This document shows positions 25,001-41,534 of a stretch of DNA of 64,000 bases, piece after piece. This DNA comes from Octopus sinensis (taxonomy: Eukaryota): contig NC_043002.1 in assembly GCF_006345805.1 (NCBI RefSeq), positions 73,470,001 to 73,534,000 on the forward strand. Reading direction: 5' to 3'. A program made the translations under genes and the position numbers. Position 1 is the first letter of the stretch, and the number at the start of each line of letters is the position of its first letter. The notes beneath the pieces are model-generated. The model did not search any database. It worked only from the letters and a program-made list of their open reading frames with translations, and was not told where the DNA came from.

Positions 25001-25477
25001 TTTTGAGATCCTGGAGGGAAGTTGGACAACGAATATGGTGCAGAAACAGGCTGCTATTTAAATAGATTATTAAAACTCCTCATTTAAGAACCATATTTTT
25101 AAGCAGTTAATACGCAGTTCCAACACCGTAGAAGATAGAAATTATTTATGGGCGTTTCACGTTTAAGTTTGTACAAATTGATATAAAATCATGTTCACTT
25201 CAGATGCTTTGTCTGTATCTGCAACAATACCGTGAAACAATAATATTTAAATCAAAATTATAAATAGTATATACTGCAACACTGCCATTATATATATATA
25301 TATATACACATATATATATATATATACATATAAGAGGGATGTCCACGTAATGGTTATCCCACTTATATGTATGTAATATAATTTTCTGAATCTTCAGATT
25401 TTAATATGCTAGACCACTGGTTTTAAATTGATATTAATCAAATTAATATTCAATTTTTTACCCTTATTATTTTAAAT

Positions 25478-25484
25478 TTATATA

Positions 25485-25515
<31 letters not shown>

Positions 25516-25606
25516 GTGTATATATATATATTATGTATATAATATATATATATATATATATAGATAGATAGATACATATATATATATATATATATGTATT
25601 ATATAT

Positions 25607-25679
<73 letters not shown>

Positions 25680-25687
25680 GATATATA

Positions 25688-25732
<45 letters not shown>

Positions 25733-25798
25733 ATATATATATATAATATATATATATGTATATATTATATATAATATATATATGTATATATATATTAT

Positions 25799-25858
<60 letters not shown>

Positions 25859-25882
25859 ATATATATATATATGTATATATAT
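25478..25882. repeat. Compound (TA)n microsatellite; others at 7389-7461, 10273-10322, 10825-10893, 28115-28830, 38807-38963, 40116-40314, 43700-43800, 63884-64000
   Basis: Direct reading. Confidence 0.95.
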
Positions 25883-26496
25883 TCCCCAATTTACAAAGCA
25901 TCTCTTCAGAAAGTTATTAGGTGGTTTCAAATATCACGGAAAAGAAAAAATAATTTACTCGTTCAGTACTTCAATTTTAAATTTGTTTATACTACTAAAA
26001 TAAATAGGTATTATATTCAATAAATCAGAATATTAGCATTTATAAAAATCTGAAACATTCGAACTTAATAAAAATGAACAAACCGATTTATAGAGTAAAT
26101 GAAACCTGAATGCAAAATAATAAAATGATAAATTTCCTATGTACAATTCTATAATCTGTAGTATTGAAACAGTGTTCTAACTTTCTCAAGATATGGTAAA
26201 TGCAGAATTTTAAACACATTAACCCCCAAAATTAGTTTGTTTTAAAGTTCAGTCATAAAAACAATTTAATGCGTTGCTCCATACTTTTCTAAAGTAGAAA
26301 TTCATTATTCTTAAACAAAAATATTATTGACAGTGCCTTCGAAGTTTCAGCTAGTTAAGCCATCATTGGACTTCAATGCATCGCAGTCCGAAGATGGCTC
26401 CACTGGCCGAACATTCGAAATCTCTGTCAATATTTTTGTTTAGGAGTGACATATATAATTGTGACCAGCGATGTATAACAATATCCGATAGTCTAG

Positions 26497-26573
<77 letters not shown>

Positions 26574-26870
26574 AGGCGCAATGGCCTAGTTGTTAGGGCA
26601 GCGGACTCGCGGTCGTAGGATCGCGGTTTCGATTCCCAGACGGGCGTTGTGAGTGTTTATTGAGCGAAAACACCTAAAGCTCCACGATGCTCCGGCAGGG
26701 AGTGGTGGCGATCCCTGCTGTACTCTTTCGCCACAACTTTCTCTCACTCTTTCTTCTGTTGGCCTGCTCGCTTAGCCAGCGGGGTGGCGTCATTTGAAGG
26801 CTAAAACAATGCGAAGCGCATTGTGACCAGCGATGTGTAACAACATCTGATGGCCTGGTCGGTCACGGTG

Positions 26871-26901
<31 letters not shown>

Positions 26902-26927
26902 AGTGTGTATGTATGTATGAATGTATG

Positions 26928-26959
<32 letters not shown>

Positions 26960-26969
26960 TATAGATATA

Positions 26970-27015
<46 letters not shown>

Positions 27016-27460
27016 CAAAAAGGTGTTGTAAATAAATGTTTTCTTTTAATTGTATATATGTATGTATGTATATATATATATATACACAAACACACACACA
27101 CACACAGGTATGTCATATTTTCGGTTTGTTGTCTTTTCATTTAATCCTGAAAATATAATTTATGTAACGCAAGCACTCATTAATATTTTAACCTTTATTG
27201 TATATATAGGTGTGTGTGTGTGTGTGTGTGTGTGTATCCATATATATAATTTATTTTGAGATTAACAATGCTACCGAAGGTTTGATGAGGAAAGACTTTC
27301 CAAAGATTTTGAGCAGTCCACAAAAAATTGTGGAAATTCTTCCCAAATGAAACCTTTGGTAGCGCTGTTAACCCACAAAGATTAGTTATCAACCAAACGT
27401 AGCGTTGAATACTCATTCACACTGTTCGATAACATCCTATTGTGTGTGTGTGTGCGTGTG

Positions 27461-27513
<53 letters not shown>

Positions 27514-27759
27514 TGTGTGTGTGTATTTTGAGACAAATGAGAAAGAGTGTGACAGAGAGAAAAATAGAGAGATTAATAGAAGAACTGGAGGTCAAAGCAA
27601 AACAGAGATCGACGTGTTAAACTAAGAATGTTGCTGTTATTTATCAAGTACTTCTCCATAATTTAGGTTATATACATATATATATCCGAACTCTACACGA
27701 AATTAGGTAAATATCTGTTGAAAATGATAATCTTATTTCAGGCCAAACACCGACTAATA

Positions 27760-27804
<45 letters not shown>

Positions 27805-28112
27805 ATATATTGTTGTTGTTCCTTCTCGACTATGTCTGGCTCATAAGAGCCGGTTTCCCAATTTCTTTGGCATATAAGTTCCCTCCTGGACGGGACGTCC
27901 GTCCGTGTCGCAGGTGAGCTGCTAGATGCAGGAGGAAAAAGTGAGAGAAAACTTTTCGTGAAAGAGTCAGCAGAGGTTCGCCATTACCTTCTGTTGGAGA
28001 AGCGTGGAGCTTAGGTGTTTCGCTCATAATCTTATACATCGCCCGGTCTGAGATTCGAACCCGCGAATCCTCGACGCGACCCCGCTGCTCTGACCACTAG
28101 GCCATGCGCCTC

Positions 28113-28288
<176 letters not shown>

Positions 28289-28363
28289 TACACACAACTG
28301 TGTATGGAATTCATTTTTACCTTAAGCAATTGTGATGACCCATGGTGGAAGTTCGCTGGGTGG

Positions 28364-28421
<58 letters not shown>

Positions 28422-28425
28422 ACAC

Positions 28426-28461
<36 letters not shown>

Positions 28462-28509
28462 TATATATATATAATATATACACACACACACATATATATA
28501 TATATACAC

Positions 28510-28553
<44 letters not shown>

Positions 28554-28668
28554 TATATATATATATATATACACACACCACATATATATATATATACACA
28601 CACATATATATATATATATATAATATATATATACACACACACACACACATATATATTATATATATATT

Positions 28669-28781
<113 letters not shown>

Positions 28782-29399
28782 CTATATAATATATATATAT
28801 ATATCTATATATATATACATATAATATATATATACCTGAGGTAAAGTAATATGCTTTGATTATTAAAACTGCAAAAACATTTTTTTAAATATCACAAAAA
28901 ACTGCGAAATCAGAGTTTCACGTTCCCATTCGTTGGACAGTTGTGTGTATGCATATATATTTTGGCGATTTTTCCTTAGTTTTCGTTTTTTCTCTTTGGA
29001 CTTCCCTTTTTCCGACGAAGAGTTGTGCTCGAAACATTAACAACTCTCTCCCTTCACCGAGCGACAATTTAATATATTTCTTATGCACATCCTTACGTTC
29101 GTTTTTTTTCTTTTCTTTTCTCAGCTTTTTAATTGCTTGTTTATTTGAATTGACTGTTTGCTACAGGTTCACACGGACTGGCTCCGTCATTCCAACTGTT
29201 TTGGAGTAACTAATTCTTGGATTTCTCTCTACCATTGGATTACGCCACCTTTTTTATTCATTCGGAGTATGCCATTTCTGCACCTTTATTGTAAATCATT
29301 ATAAATTGTCCGTGATTCTTTTTTCCTTCACTTCTTTTCACTCGAATTCATTTCAGTTCTCCTTCCACCCTCCTTCCTTTCTTCCTCCTCCTCGCCATC

Positions 29400-30357
29400 A
29401 CCAACACCTACACCTACACTTACACCTTCTCACCATGCCTGACCTTCATTCCTTCCTCCAACAACTTCACTCTTTTCTTTCCCATTTTCTTTCCAACTGT
29501 CCTCCTCAATACCTGCAACCCTCTGTACAACTCTCCCACTTGCAGTTCAAAAAACTCGCTACTCTAGCCATCTCTCTTTCCTTAGTCGTTGCCTCCATCA
29601 TCATGTCGTACATTGTGGCTTCCGCTTGAAGTTCCACGCTTCCCTCTAATCTTCTTCCCTCATAGAACCCTTCCCCGCTCGCACTTCCAACCTCCTCATC
29701 CGTTCCAGGTCAGTTTCTCACATGCACTAAAAACCGAAAATTCCACCGCCTCCTCAACCCTTCAACCTCCCTCCCCCTCCCACACCCTCGAAACCTTCCC
29801 CTCCCGACTGCAGTGGTGGTGTGGCGTAAGGAGGAAGTGCTCCGTCAGCTTCGGAACCCTATATTCTATCACCTCCCCCTTTGACTCCATCCCCTCCTAC
29901 AAGAAGCGCGTGTCTTCCACTATCCATGACCTCGTCTCATCTTCTGTCCTCCCCCTACCGCCTCCAACCTAATCGTCCGAACACCCGTACTTCCATCTAT
30001 TTCCTTCCCAAAATACACAAATCCAGCAAGCCTAGAAGCCCTATTGTTTCCGCCTGTAACTGCCACCCCCCTCAGAACTCATCTCCAGATATCTCGATCT
30101 CATCCTTTACCTTTTAGTCACTGCTCTCCTATCTCATATACATGACACCAACCACGCCCTTTACCTCTTCAATTCCTTTTCCTTCCCTCTCGGCCCTTCA
30201 CTCCTCCTTTTCACCATGGACATAAAATCCCTGTACACTGTGATGCCCCACAACGACGGCCTCTTAGCCTTCCAATACTTCTTCGATCGTCGCCCCGACC
30301 CAACACCCAGCACCTCCACGCTTCTCCACCTAGCAGAACTCCTCACCCTCAGCTGCG
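29400..30357 (+). pseudogene. Decayed Penelope-like element reverse transcriptase fragment
   Basis: TPRTSIYFLPKIHK..PIVSACNC and FTMDIKSLYTVMPHNDGL..STSTLLHLAEL match PLE RT motifs (YxLPKIHK, DVxSLYT); frameshifted. Confidence 0.8.
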
Positions 30358-30384
30358 TTACGTTATATATATATATATTTATAT

Positions 30385-31894
30385 ATAATGAACCGATTGC
30401 ATTACGCAATATTTTAATAAGGAAAAGCAATAGAAAACTCCAGCTAAGTCACAAGTATTTACTCACAATCAACTTTTATTTCCTGTCTTACATGTGTTCA
30501 ATGTGTCCACCGCCTGCAGTACGGGCAGCATCAATGCGATAAGAGAACTCTTCTCAGACGTGTATCAACATATCACGATCCATTGAGTTGATCGCTGTTG
30601 TTATCCGACGTTTAAGGTCATCGAGGTTAGCGGGTAGCAGTGGAGTTTTCTAAGTTCTGAATGGCTGCCACATGGGCGCTGTAATCGCGTCGTTCTTCCA
30701 GCAACTTTCAGTTGTTTGTTTACATTCAGAATGGCGAGTCCTCAGCAAAAGGCGTTCTGCGTTCTCGAGCTCGCGAAAACAAATTCGGTTGTCACGGTGC
30801 AGCGTGCTTTTCGATGGCGATTCGACATTAATCTGCTCTCTTCTAAGAACATTCGACGACGGTTTCAACAGTTTCAAGAGAGTGGGTGTCTGTGTAAAGG
30901 AAAAAGTCCAGGACGGCCACGAGTTTCAGAGAAACAAGTATCGAGAATCCGTGCTGCGTTTGAGGGGAGCCCGCGGAATTCTACAAATCGAGCTGGCCGT
31001 GAGCTTGCGATCCTCCAATCCCCTATGTGGCGTGGGCTAAGAAGACGTCTACATTTGAAAGCATACAGACTACGCCGCGTTCAGGCACTTACCAATGACG
31101 ATGAGAGGAAGAGGATGGAATTTTGCGAATCGATGCTGGAGATGATGGAAGACGAAACCTTCATTTCACGTTTAATTTTTTGTGATGAAGCGACTTTTCA
31201 CTTGAGCGGCACAGTTAATCGTCACAATGTGTGTATTTGAAGAGCAGAGCACCCAGATGAAACAGCTGAACATGAAAGAGATTCCCCTAAGCTGAACGTC
31301 TTATGTGCAGGACAAGGTTTATGGCCCCTTTTTATTTGAAGGAAGCACTGTTACAGGACAAACCTATTTCGATATGCTTCCAGACTGGCTCTTCACTTCA
31401 TTGCAAGCAGATTCACAGCACTTCATTTTTCAACAAGATGGAGCACTGCCCCATTGGAACCTTATGGTACGAGCTTTTTTAAATGAAAAAGGGCCCCAGC
31501 GATGGTTTGGTCGGAAAGAGGCCCAAGACCTTCCAATTTGTGCCTGGCCTGCGAGATCCCCAGGCCCCACCATGTGTGATTTTTTTCTTGTGAGGATATG
31601 TAAATGATCGTTTTTATGTTTCACCGCAACCCACTAACCACCATGACCTTAAACATCGGATAACAACAGCGATCAACTCAGTGGATCGTGATATACTGAT
31701 ACGCGTTTGGGAGGAATTTTCTGATCACATTGATAATACCCGTGCTGCAGATGGTGGCCAGATTGAACACTTGTAAGACAGAAAATAAAAGTTGATTGTG
31801 AGTAAATACTTGTGACTTAGCTGGAGTTTTCTATTGCTTTTCCTTATTAGAATATTGCGTAATGAAATCGGTTCGTTATTTTTGAATAACCCTG
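30385..31894 (+). mobile_element. Tc1/mariner-superfamily transposon remnant with inverted repeats of about 260-270 bp; transposase pseudogene 30731-31775
   Basis: MASPQQKAFCVLELAK.. N-terminus, FCDEATFHLSGTVNRHN, FQQDGALPHW and WPARSPGPTMCDFF motifs with stops/frameshifts; 30385-30643 is the reverse complement of 31621-31880. Confidence 0.85.
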
Positions 31895-32964
31895 TGTTTA
31901 TATATATATATTCTTTTACTTGCTTCAGTCACTTGACTGCATCCATGCTGGAGCACCGCTTTTAGTCGAACAAATCGCCCCCAGGACTTATTCTTTGCAA
32001 GCCTAGTACTTATTCTATCGGTGTCTTTTCCGACATGCCAAGTTACGGGGACGTAAACACACCAACACCGGTTGTCAAGTGATGGTGGGAGACAATCACT
32101 GACATAGACACACGCAAATACGCACACACACACACACATACATATATATAGGACGGGCTTCTTTCAGTTTCCGTCTACCAAATCCATTCACCAAATCCGA
32201 GGCTATAGTAGAAGATACGTTTGTTCTTTATTTTTTCTCCGAACTATCAACACGCCTCCTGATTACTAACTAACGATATGTAAAAGCTTCATCCAAATGT
32301 TAATTTTGTATATTTGATTCGCTGTCTGAAGAATATCTAATACGAAATGATTTACATGATTATTCGACGTGCATAGCTTTGTAATTCCTCTTAGCAAATG
32401 AAACATGTGTAATGGTGAGTAAACAATAGCTTAAATGTGTTTCTTTATATATGTATGTATGTATGTATTTATATATATGTATGTACGTGTGTGTGTGTGC
32501 GTGCATGCGTGCGTGTGTGTGAGCACAGACGCAGCCCTCGAATATATATATGTATGTATTTATGTATGCATGTATGTGTGTATGTATGTATGTCATTGTC
32601 CAGTTTTATTTCAAGATTTCTTGCCAATAGAGAAAGAGCCGATTTATAACCTAGATCCAAGATTCCTTCATTGGAATTTGAACATCAACAAGAGGGCATT
32701 TTAGTATACATTTCTGTATTTGTGCAGATTTGTAGATTGTTTTGTTTTATGTATGTATTCTCATGCATATACTTGCATATCTAGACATGCTCATATATAT
32801 TTAAATGATAAACTTCTGGTTAGTTTTACAGATATTTACAGTTCCGGTGATGGATTGTATCTGTAGTCTTCGAATTAGCTTTCTCCTTTCTGGTTTTGAG
32901 AAGTCTGATTTCTCAAGATTTGTAGTTAGGCAATGTGTTACATATCCCAGGGTCCCAATGATTA

Positions 32965-32998
32965 CGTATGTATGTATGTACGTACGCACGTACGTACG

Positions 32999-33032
<34 letters not shown>

Positions 33033-33123
33033 TGTATGTATGTATGTATGTATGTGTGTGTATGTGTGTATGTATGTATGTATGTATGTATGTATGTATG
33101 TATGTATGTATGTATGTATGTAT
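32965..33123. repeat. (TATG)n microsatellite
   Basis: Direct reading. Confidence 0.95.
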
Positions 33124-33460
33124 GAAATACCTTGAAAGATCAACTGTATACAACGTCCTTCCATCTAGAGCGGGTGATTCGATGAGTGTAGTATGTAAAT
33201 GAGATTATAAGTCAGTTTTGTGTTTGAAGAAACATATGGCGGTTCACAGGGGTTATATTTCACAGAATGATACAATAAATCCAGTGGAAATTGCTACTTA
33301 GCTCTGTCATCTATGCCTCAAACCAGAAATATCTACAGCAGGACTGGCTAGTAATCTGAGAGATCGTGGCGGATATTCCACTGAAAATTCTATCTGTGAA
33401 GATGGAGCAATCACCATGTGTGAATGTACGCATGTATGTATGCTTGTATCTATGTATGCA

Positions 33461-33555
<95 letters not shown>

Positions 33556-33949
33556 ATGTATATATGTATATATGTATGTATGTATGTATGTATGCAGTTA
33601 ATTCGAGGAAGTCCCCATTAGGGATTATATAATCCAAAATATTCCACTGGTTTAATCCATATAATATAAGGATAAAGTCATTGGTATATGTTTAGGATTA
33701 TTGAATTTTTAATTATATTGAGGGGTAAACGAGAAGAAAATGGAGAATAAATAGATGTAAATACTAATTTATTTGCATGTTGTAGAAAGATGACATCTAT
33801 TTAAAAAAAACATTACAAATAAATAAATAAAATGGCTGGAAGTTGAAAGCTCAAAACCTTAAGACAAACGTAAGAAGAACCTACATATATGTTTCTGTCG
33901 AAGCGTCCAGTTGATGGGAATCTCCAAGCACATTGTTTAATGCCAAGGA

Positions 33950-36120
33950 AATTGCCACATTCATACTATATTATGGTTGAACAAAAAAGATAAAATGATC
34001 ACCTAAGTTGCATTAGCTCTTTTTGAATCCTGAAGATTTCAACTCCAGCATCACACATGGGCTTCTATGCCTTCCAGGGGCTCCAACCGATTGAGAGGGC
34101 ACCACATAAAATTAGAGACCGCTTGAGATGATCATGAAAATGAAGTTTCAGACGTCTGTGAGGCCTGCTTCCAATCTCGATCTCGCTGAAGACGATCATC
34201 TTTGGAAGCTGGTTTACCAGCATCCGAATCACATGGCTAACCCAGTGGATAAGACACGAGATATGCAGGCCTCAACGCTGTAGATCCCAACGCTCGGGAA
34301 GATTTCAGTATATAACAACTTGTCCTTCAACGTGAAACCGAGGATACTTTGGAGTAATCTGATGTGGAACGCTTCCAGTTGTTAGATCTGGCGCCGACAA
34401 AGGAGCCAGCATTCAAACCCGTACAGAAGAGTGGATACACAGACAGCTCGATAACCAAGATTTTTGTACTTGCTCTAAGGTCGTTGTTCTGAAAGACTAG
34501 TTCGGATAGTCTCCTGAGAGACGCAGAGGCCATGTTGATTCGACGAAGAATCTCCTCATCAAGGAGTCCAGTGTTAGAGATCGGAGATCGTGTTTCCAAG
34601 ATAGCAGAATGAGTCCGCAGGCGGCAGAGGAGCATCATCAATAAGGATAGGCTGAGAGGCAGATGAGTACGGGAAGACTGATTGGAGAACTTCAGTGTTT
34701 CGATGATTTGCTTGAAAACCGAGCTGAGAATAAGAATTGTTCATGGATTTCGTCATGTGTTAAAGGGAGGTGGAAGTATGAGGTGGTGCAGCTGAATCAT
34801 CAGCATACTGCATCTCGTACACCATGGTTGAGAGTATTTTTTATGTGGCTTTCAGGCAGTGAGAATTAAAGATACTACCTTCATAACAGTACCTGATACG
34901 AATTTTGTCTTCTTCAGTGAACTGGCTCCTAGAAAAGAGGGTTAAAGCCATCAGGTAAATGTTAAACGGTACTGGGGCGAGGATGCATCCTTGTTTTATA
35001 CACCCACCTGGACATTAAAAGGGCTCCGAGGGTTAACCGCCGAGAGACATTCTCGCTTGCATACCACCATGAAACTTCTGGACGATCGGGAGAATCGTTG
35101 GTGGACAGCCAAACTTCTCAAGCAGTTTCCACAGCATAGGACAGTTGACAATGTCAAATGCCTTTGTTAGATCGATAGATGCGTAACATATGTCTCTTAT
35201 CTAGAGAGCTTTCAATGCAAAGTGAACTATAAGTAAACAGTTGGCGTGGCTGGAGCACCAGGCCCTTTTGGTGAATGTGGTTTAGGATGGGCCAGACTCA
35301 TGAGCTCTAGAACGACACAATACAACATGGCCAGTAAGAAAGAGAAATGGAAGCTAGTACAGAGACATGTGAGAATTTCAGTGGAGGAAAAGTGATAGGT
35401 ATTGTTGTGGTAATATGAGTACCAGAGTTAAGTGGGTACAAATGATAGCGCACAATGTCAACCGGCAGATCATCTGAAAATGGAACCCGAAGATCAAGTT
35501 ATTGAGTCATATGTTGCGATATCCTCCTCAACACAGCCAACCTATTTACTTGAGGCAATGATAAAACACCATTATGCCCCAGGGCTCTAAGATAAGAATC
35601 CTCATCCATATCCTGCACAGACATGACTAAGTCCTCAAATCCAATGCTAATGCAACTAATAAAAGGATGAGTGATTGTAGAAATAAGCCAAGAAAATATT
35701 GTAGAACGGCTCTGATGGGAGTCGTCCTGCTGAGGTTGATAAATTTTTCAACACATCTGACCTAATCCTTGTTGAAACCATCTTGGTTTCAGAGCCTACA
35801 AGCTCATTACAGTGGACTTAACTGTGTCCCAGAAGGAAAAGATGGTGGAGGTTCAAAAGGAAAATGGCGAAGTACCAGAAGTCAGTGGGAGAGAGCTGTA
35901 AGAAAAGAGAGAAGGACCAGGAGCATGCTAGTTGAGGTTGACAGTTGAGGGTTTGCAAGTAGTTCCCTATGGACCCCAAGGCAGGATCTTCAAAGAGTCT
36001 TGAAGAATAACGAGTTGGCTGCAATGAAAGTATGTAGGTAACTCTGACTAAAAAGAGGTAAGCGGTGGCGTCATTAGAATGCCATTTGGATACATGCCAA
36101 AGCTTGATCAACATTGGTCG
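33950..36120 (-). pseudogene. Decayed RTE-clade LINE (RT and upstream ORF remnants)
   Basis: LDEEILRRINMASAS..LSE.VFQNNDLRASTKILV followed by a frameshifted LLYGSECW-like motif. Boundaries approximate. Confidence 0.7.
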
Positions 36121-36412
36121 GTTCACCTGTGGTTGATAAGATCGATCGAGAAGGATTAATTACAGTGGCAGAGGGCCACACGTTTTGAAGAAGTGGGCAG
36201 CTGATTCAAACCAAATCGGAATTTTTTTATCGGAAAGATGAAAAGTAAAGCTGATCCGGGCGGTAGCCGAACTCGGAATGTAAAGAAACTTTACTCAACA
36301 CTATAAGGTATTATCATTCTATGTTAATCAATCTGCCAATTCTGTCAATCTACTTTCTCCTTTAGTAAAAATGATAATAATAAATATTGATCTCAGATTC
36401 AATTAATTTCAG

Positions 36413-36601
36413 ATGTACCGCATCAAGATTTTCGCATACAGGGATAGTAGCAGAATAGCATTTCTCGAGGACAAGGAGAGTGGAATTGGAGGAACGATCG
36501 ATGTACAACGATTTAACCCAAGGCATTCTGTGATAGAAAAGATCTCAGAAAATGCGATAAACAAGGCTATTAGTGCGGCGGAAGAATTGTTCGACTTCTA
36601 A
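36413..36601 (+). CDS. Terminal coding exon 6a: MYRIKIFAYRDSSRIAFLEDKESGIGGTIDVQRFNPRHSVIEKISENAINKAISAAEELFDF*
   Basis: Acceptor TTAATTTCAG|, phase 0 matching exon 5, stop TAA, AATAAA at 36721. Total CDS 61+54+206+201+219+189 = 930 nt = 309 aa plus stop. Confidence 0.88.
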   Translation: MYRIKIFAYRDSSRIAFLEDKESGIGGTIDVQRFNPRHSVIEKISENAINKAISAAEELFDF

Positions 36602-36720
36602 AAACTCAAATGTGGAAAATGTGTTTAAATGATATTTGCTTAACCTTCTTTTCATAATCCGTTCTTTGTTATGATCCGTTATAATAATTGGAGTTGATGT
36701 GATTTAGTAACAGGATTCGT

Positions 36721-36726
36721 AATAAA
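36721..36726 (+). terminator. Poly(A) signal for exon 6a (second AATAAA at 37033)
   Basis: AATAAA 120 nt after the stop, conserved in the 6b copy. Confidence 0.6.
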
Positions 36727-38552
36727 TTAAATGTCTGCAAACATTATTAAAAGAATTAACAACGATAACACAAACGACATAACTAGTAGCAACTAAAGCC
36801 ATTGTTTCGTATAATCTGAAGTAATTATTTTTTACTCTGGGGTTCCGACTTTTTCTACCATAGTCACAAGGCCACAAATATGCAGGGACTAACATTGACC
36901 CCAGTATTTGGCAGGTATTTGTTATTCGATCTGGAAGAGCAAAACGAAAGGCATAACGTTAAGTCCTGGAGTAAGTATCCTAAAGACCAGGCTCTACGAT
37001 TCTGCCAACCCATCATTCTTCCGATTGTAAATAATAAAAATCAGAAAATGCAATTTTGAAGTCTTATTAATTATTCTCGTTATTTTCGATGGTTGACAAC
37101 TTTTACTCGTAATATCTTCTGAAATCATCAACATTGGTGACTTTGATGTATACTACTATCTATCAGTACGAACCAACGAGTAAACCCACTTTGTGATGAG
37201 TCAGCCTACCACAAAATGAGCCAAGTCTTCTCCATATCACAAATTACCACCTTTAAAAAGAGGACACATCAGATAATGTAGTCCTGGGGAAAAATGAGAG
37301 ACTCACAGCTGTGAATATTAAATCATTTTAATACGTTTTAATGCAATTAAAAGGTATTAAAGCTGATCCGGAGCTAAACAACAACTATTCCACATGGAAC
37401 CTATCTGAGGCCGAATCGTTTCTATTCTGCTCATTCAATAACAGTTAATATCCTCATCTACTCGTACCGCTGTAAACCCACCTGTTCTCAAACACTGGAC
37501 GACATATTTCTCACTTTTGAACTGAACCTTTTACTCTTCCTGAGTCGGTTGGCCTTTACTATTGTGGCCGACGGTATTGCAGAGGTATTGCCGAGCTGGG
37601 TGGGCTTTTCCCAGATCCAAGTACATAGCCCCAAGTACACTTACCTCCTCTCCATTCATGGATACACCGCAAAAGAAAGACAAGTCAACATGTTCGTTGC
37701 AGGCATGGAGCCACAGAGGACGTTAGATATTGATTAGATATAACCGTATATGTCTGCCGTAGAATCTCTCTCTCCAGATTTTCAGTAGGGGATTACTCCC
37801 TTGGTCTTCATTAAACGCTCTATAAATTACTCCACTCTATAGTAGAGGTTTATTATTATAGTGGGCATGGTTTGTGCCAAACCAGTCCTACTCTCTCGTC
37901 CTTCAAATTGTACTGGTCTGGCACAACAAGTGACACGAACCCATTTCAAGATGCAGAATTTATATGGTATTACCTTCACTTAGATGAGCAGTTAAAGAGC
38001 AGAATATGCCAAGTGTTGAGTCTATCCTACTGGAGACTAAGTTTTACTAAATGAGAAACGTGACCCATACGGAGAACTCTGTGAGTTGAAATGTGAACGA
38101 CGTCAAAGAGGGTACCCAGAACCCCGTTATAAGGACTCAGTGAGATGTCAAATGACATCTCACTGAAGTGGGTGGCCTGATTGTCACTGCGTTGGAGAAG
38201 ATAGTGACTGACGGCAAACAGTGATGGGTGACTATAAACAAAGGACTAAACGCTACAGAGTCGAATTGGATAAAACCAAGAGGAAGAAAAGGAGGAAAAG
38301 CTAGAACGAAAACCACTACAAAAGATTTGTCCGCTAACAGTATTATTCTGCAATAGATGCAGTCAGGGTCGTGACATCACCTTTGGTCTACAATCTCACA
38401 AAAGAGTATAACATCGTTCTCGAATGCCCTTCACTATATTTAAAAGAGAAACATACCCCTTACATCCAATCATGTCATACTTATTTTATATATATATGAT
38501 TGATTGATTGATTCTAGTTTCAGCTCACGAGCTGTGGCCATGTTGGGGCACC

Positions 38553-38608
<56 letters not shown>

Positions 38609-38613
<5 letters not shown>

Positions 38614-38737
38614 TTTATAGAAGGAGCTTCTACAGGACTAGAACTGTTCCATTCAAAAGAAATCATCAGGAGCTTCCTGATGATTTCTTTTGAATGAAAC
38701 AGTTCTAGTCCTGTAGAAGCTCCTTCTATAAAATAAA
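38609..38737. repeat. 129-bp palindrome (63-bp arms, 3-nt spacer, 1 mismatch)
   Basis: 38609-38671 versus 38675-38737; abuts a (TA)n tract. Confidence 0.95.
38669..38723 (+). ncRNA. Type I hammerhead ribozyme, near-canonical
   Basis: GGAGCUUC-CUGAUGA-UUUC-UUUU-GAAU-GAA-ACAG-UUCUAGUC-CUGU-A^GAAGCUCC: 8-bp stem I, 4-bp stem III, U.U at the base of stem II. Confidence 0.7.
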
Positions 38738-38803
38738 TTAATTTACTCTGCTATGTATTGAGTACCGTATTTACTGTGGTTAACCCCGACTCAACCCGGG
38801 ACC

Positions 38804-38933
<130 letters not shown>

Positions 38934-38963
38934 ATATTATATATATATTATATATATATATAT

Positions 38964-41534
<2,571 letters not shown>

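Noticed and set aside
30716-31607. Active or domesticated transposase
   Set aside because: Split by stops and frameshifts, with altered catalytic-region motifs.
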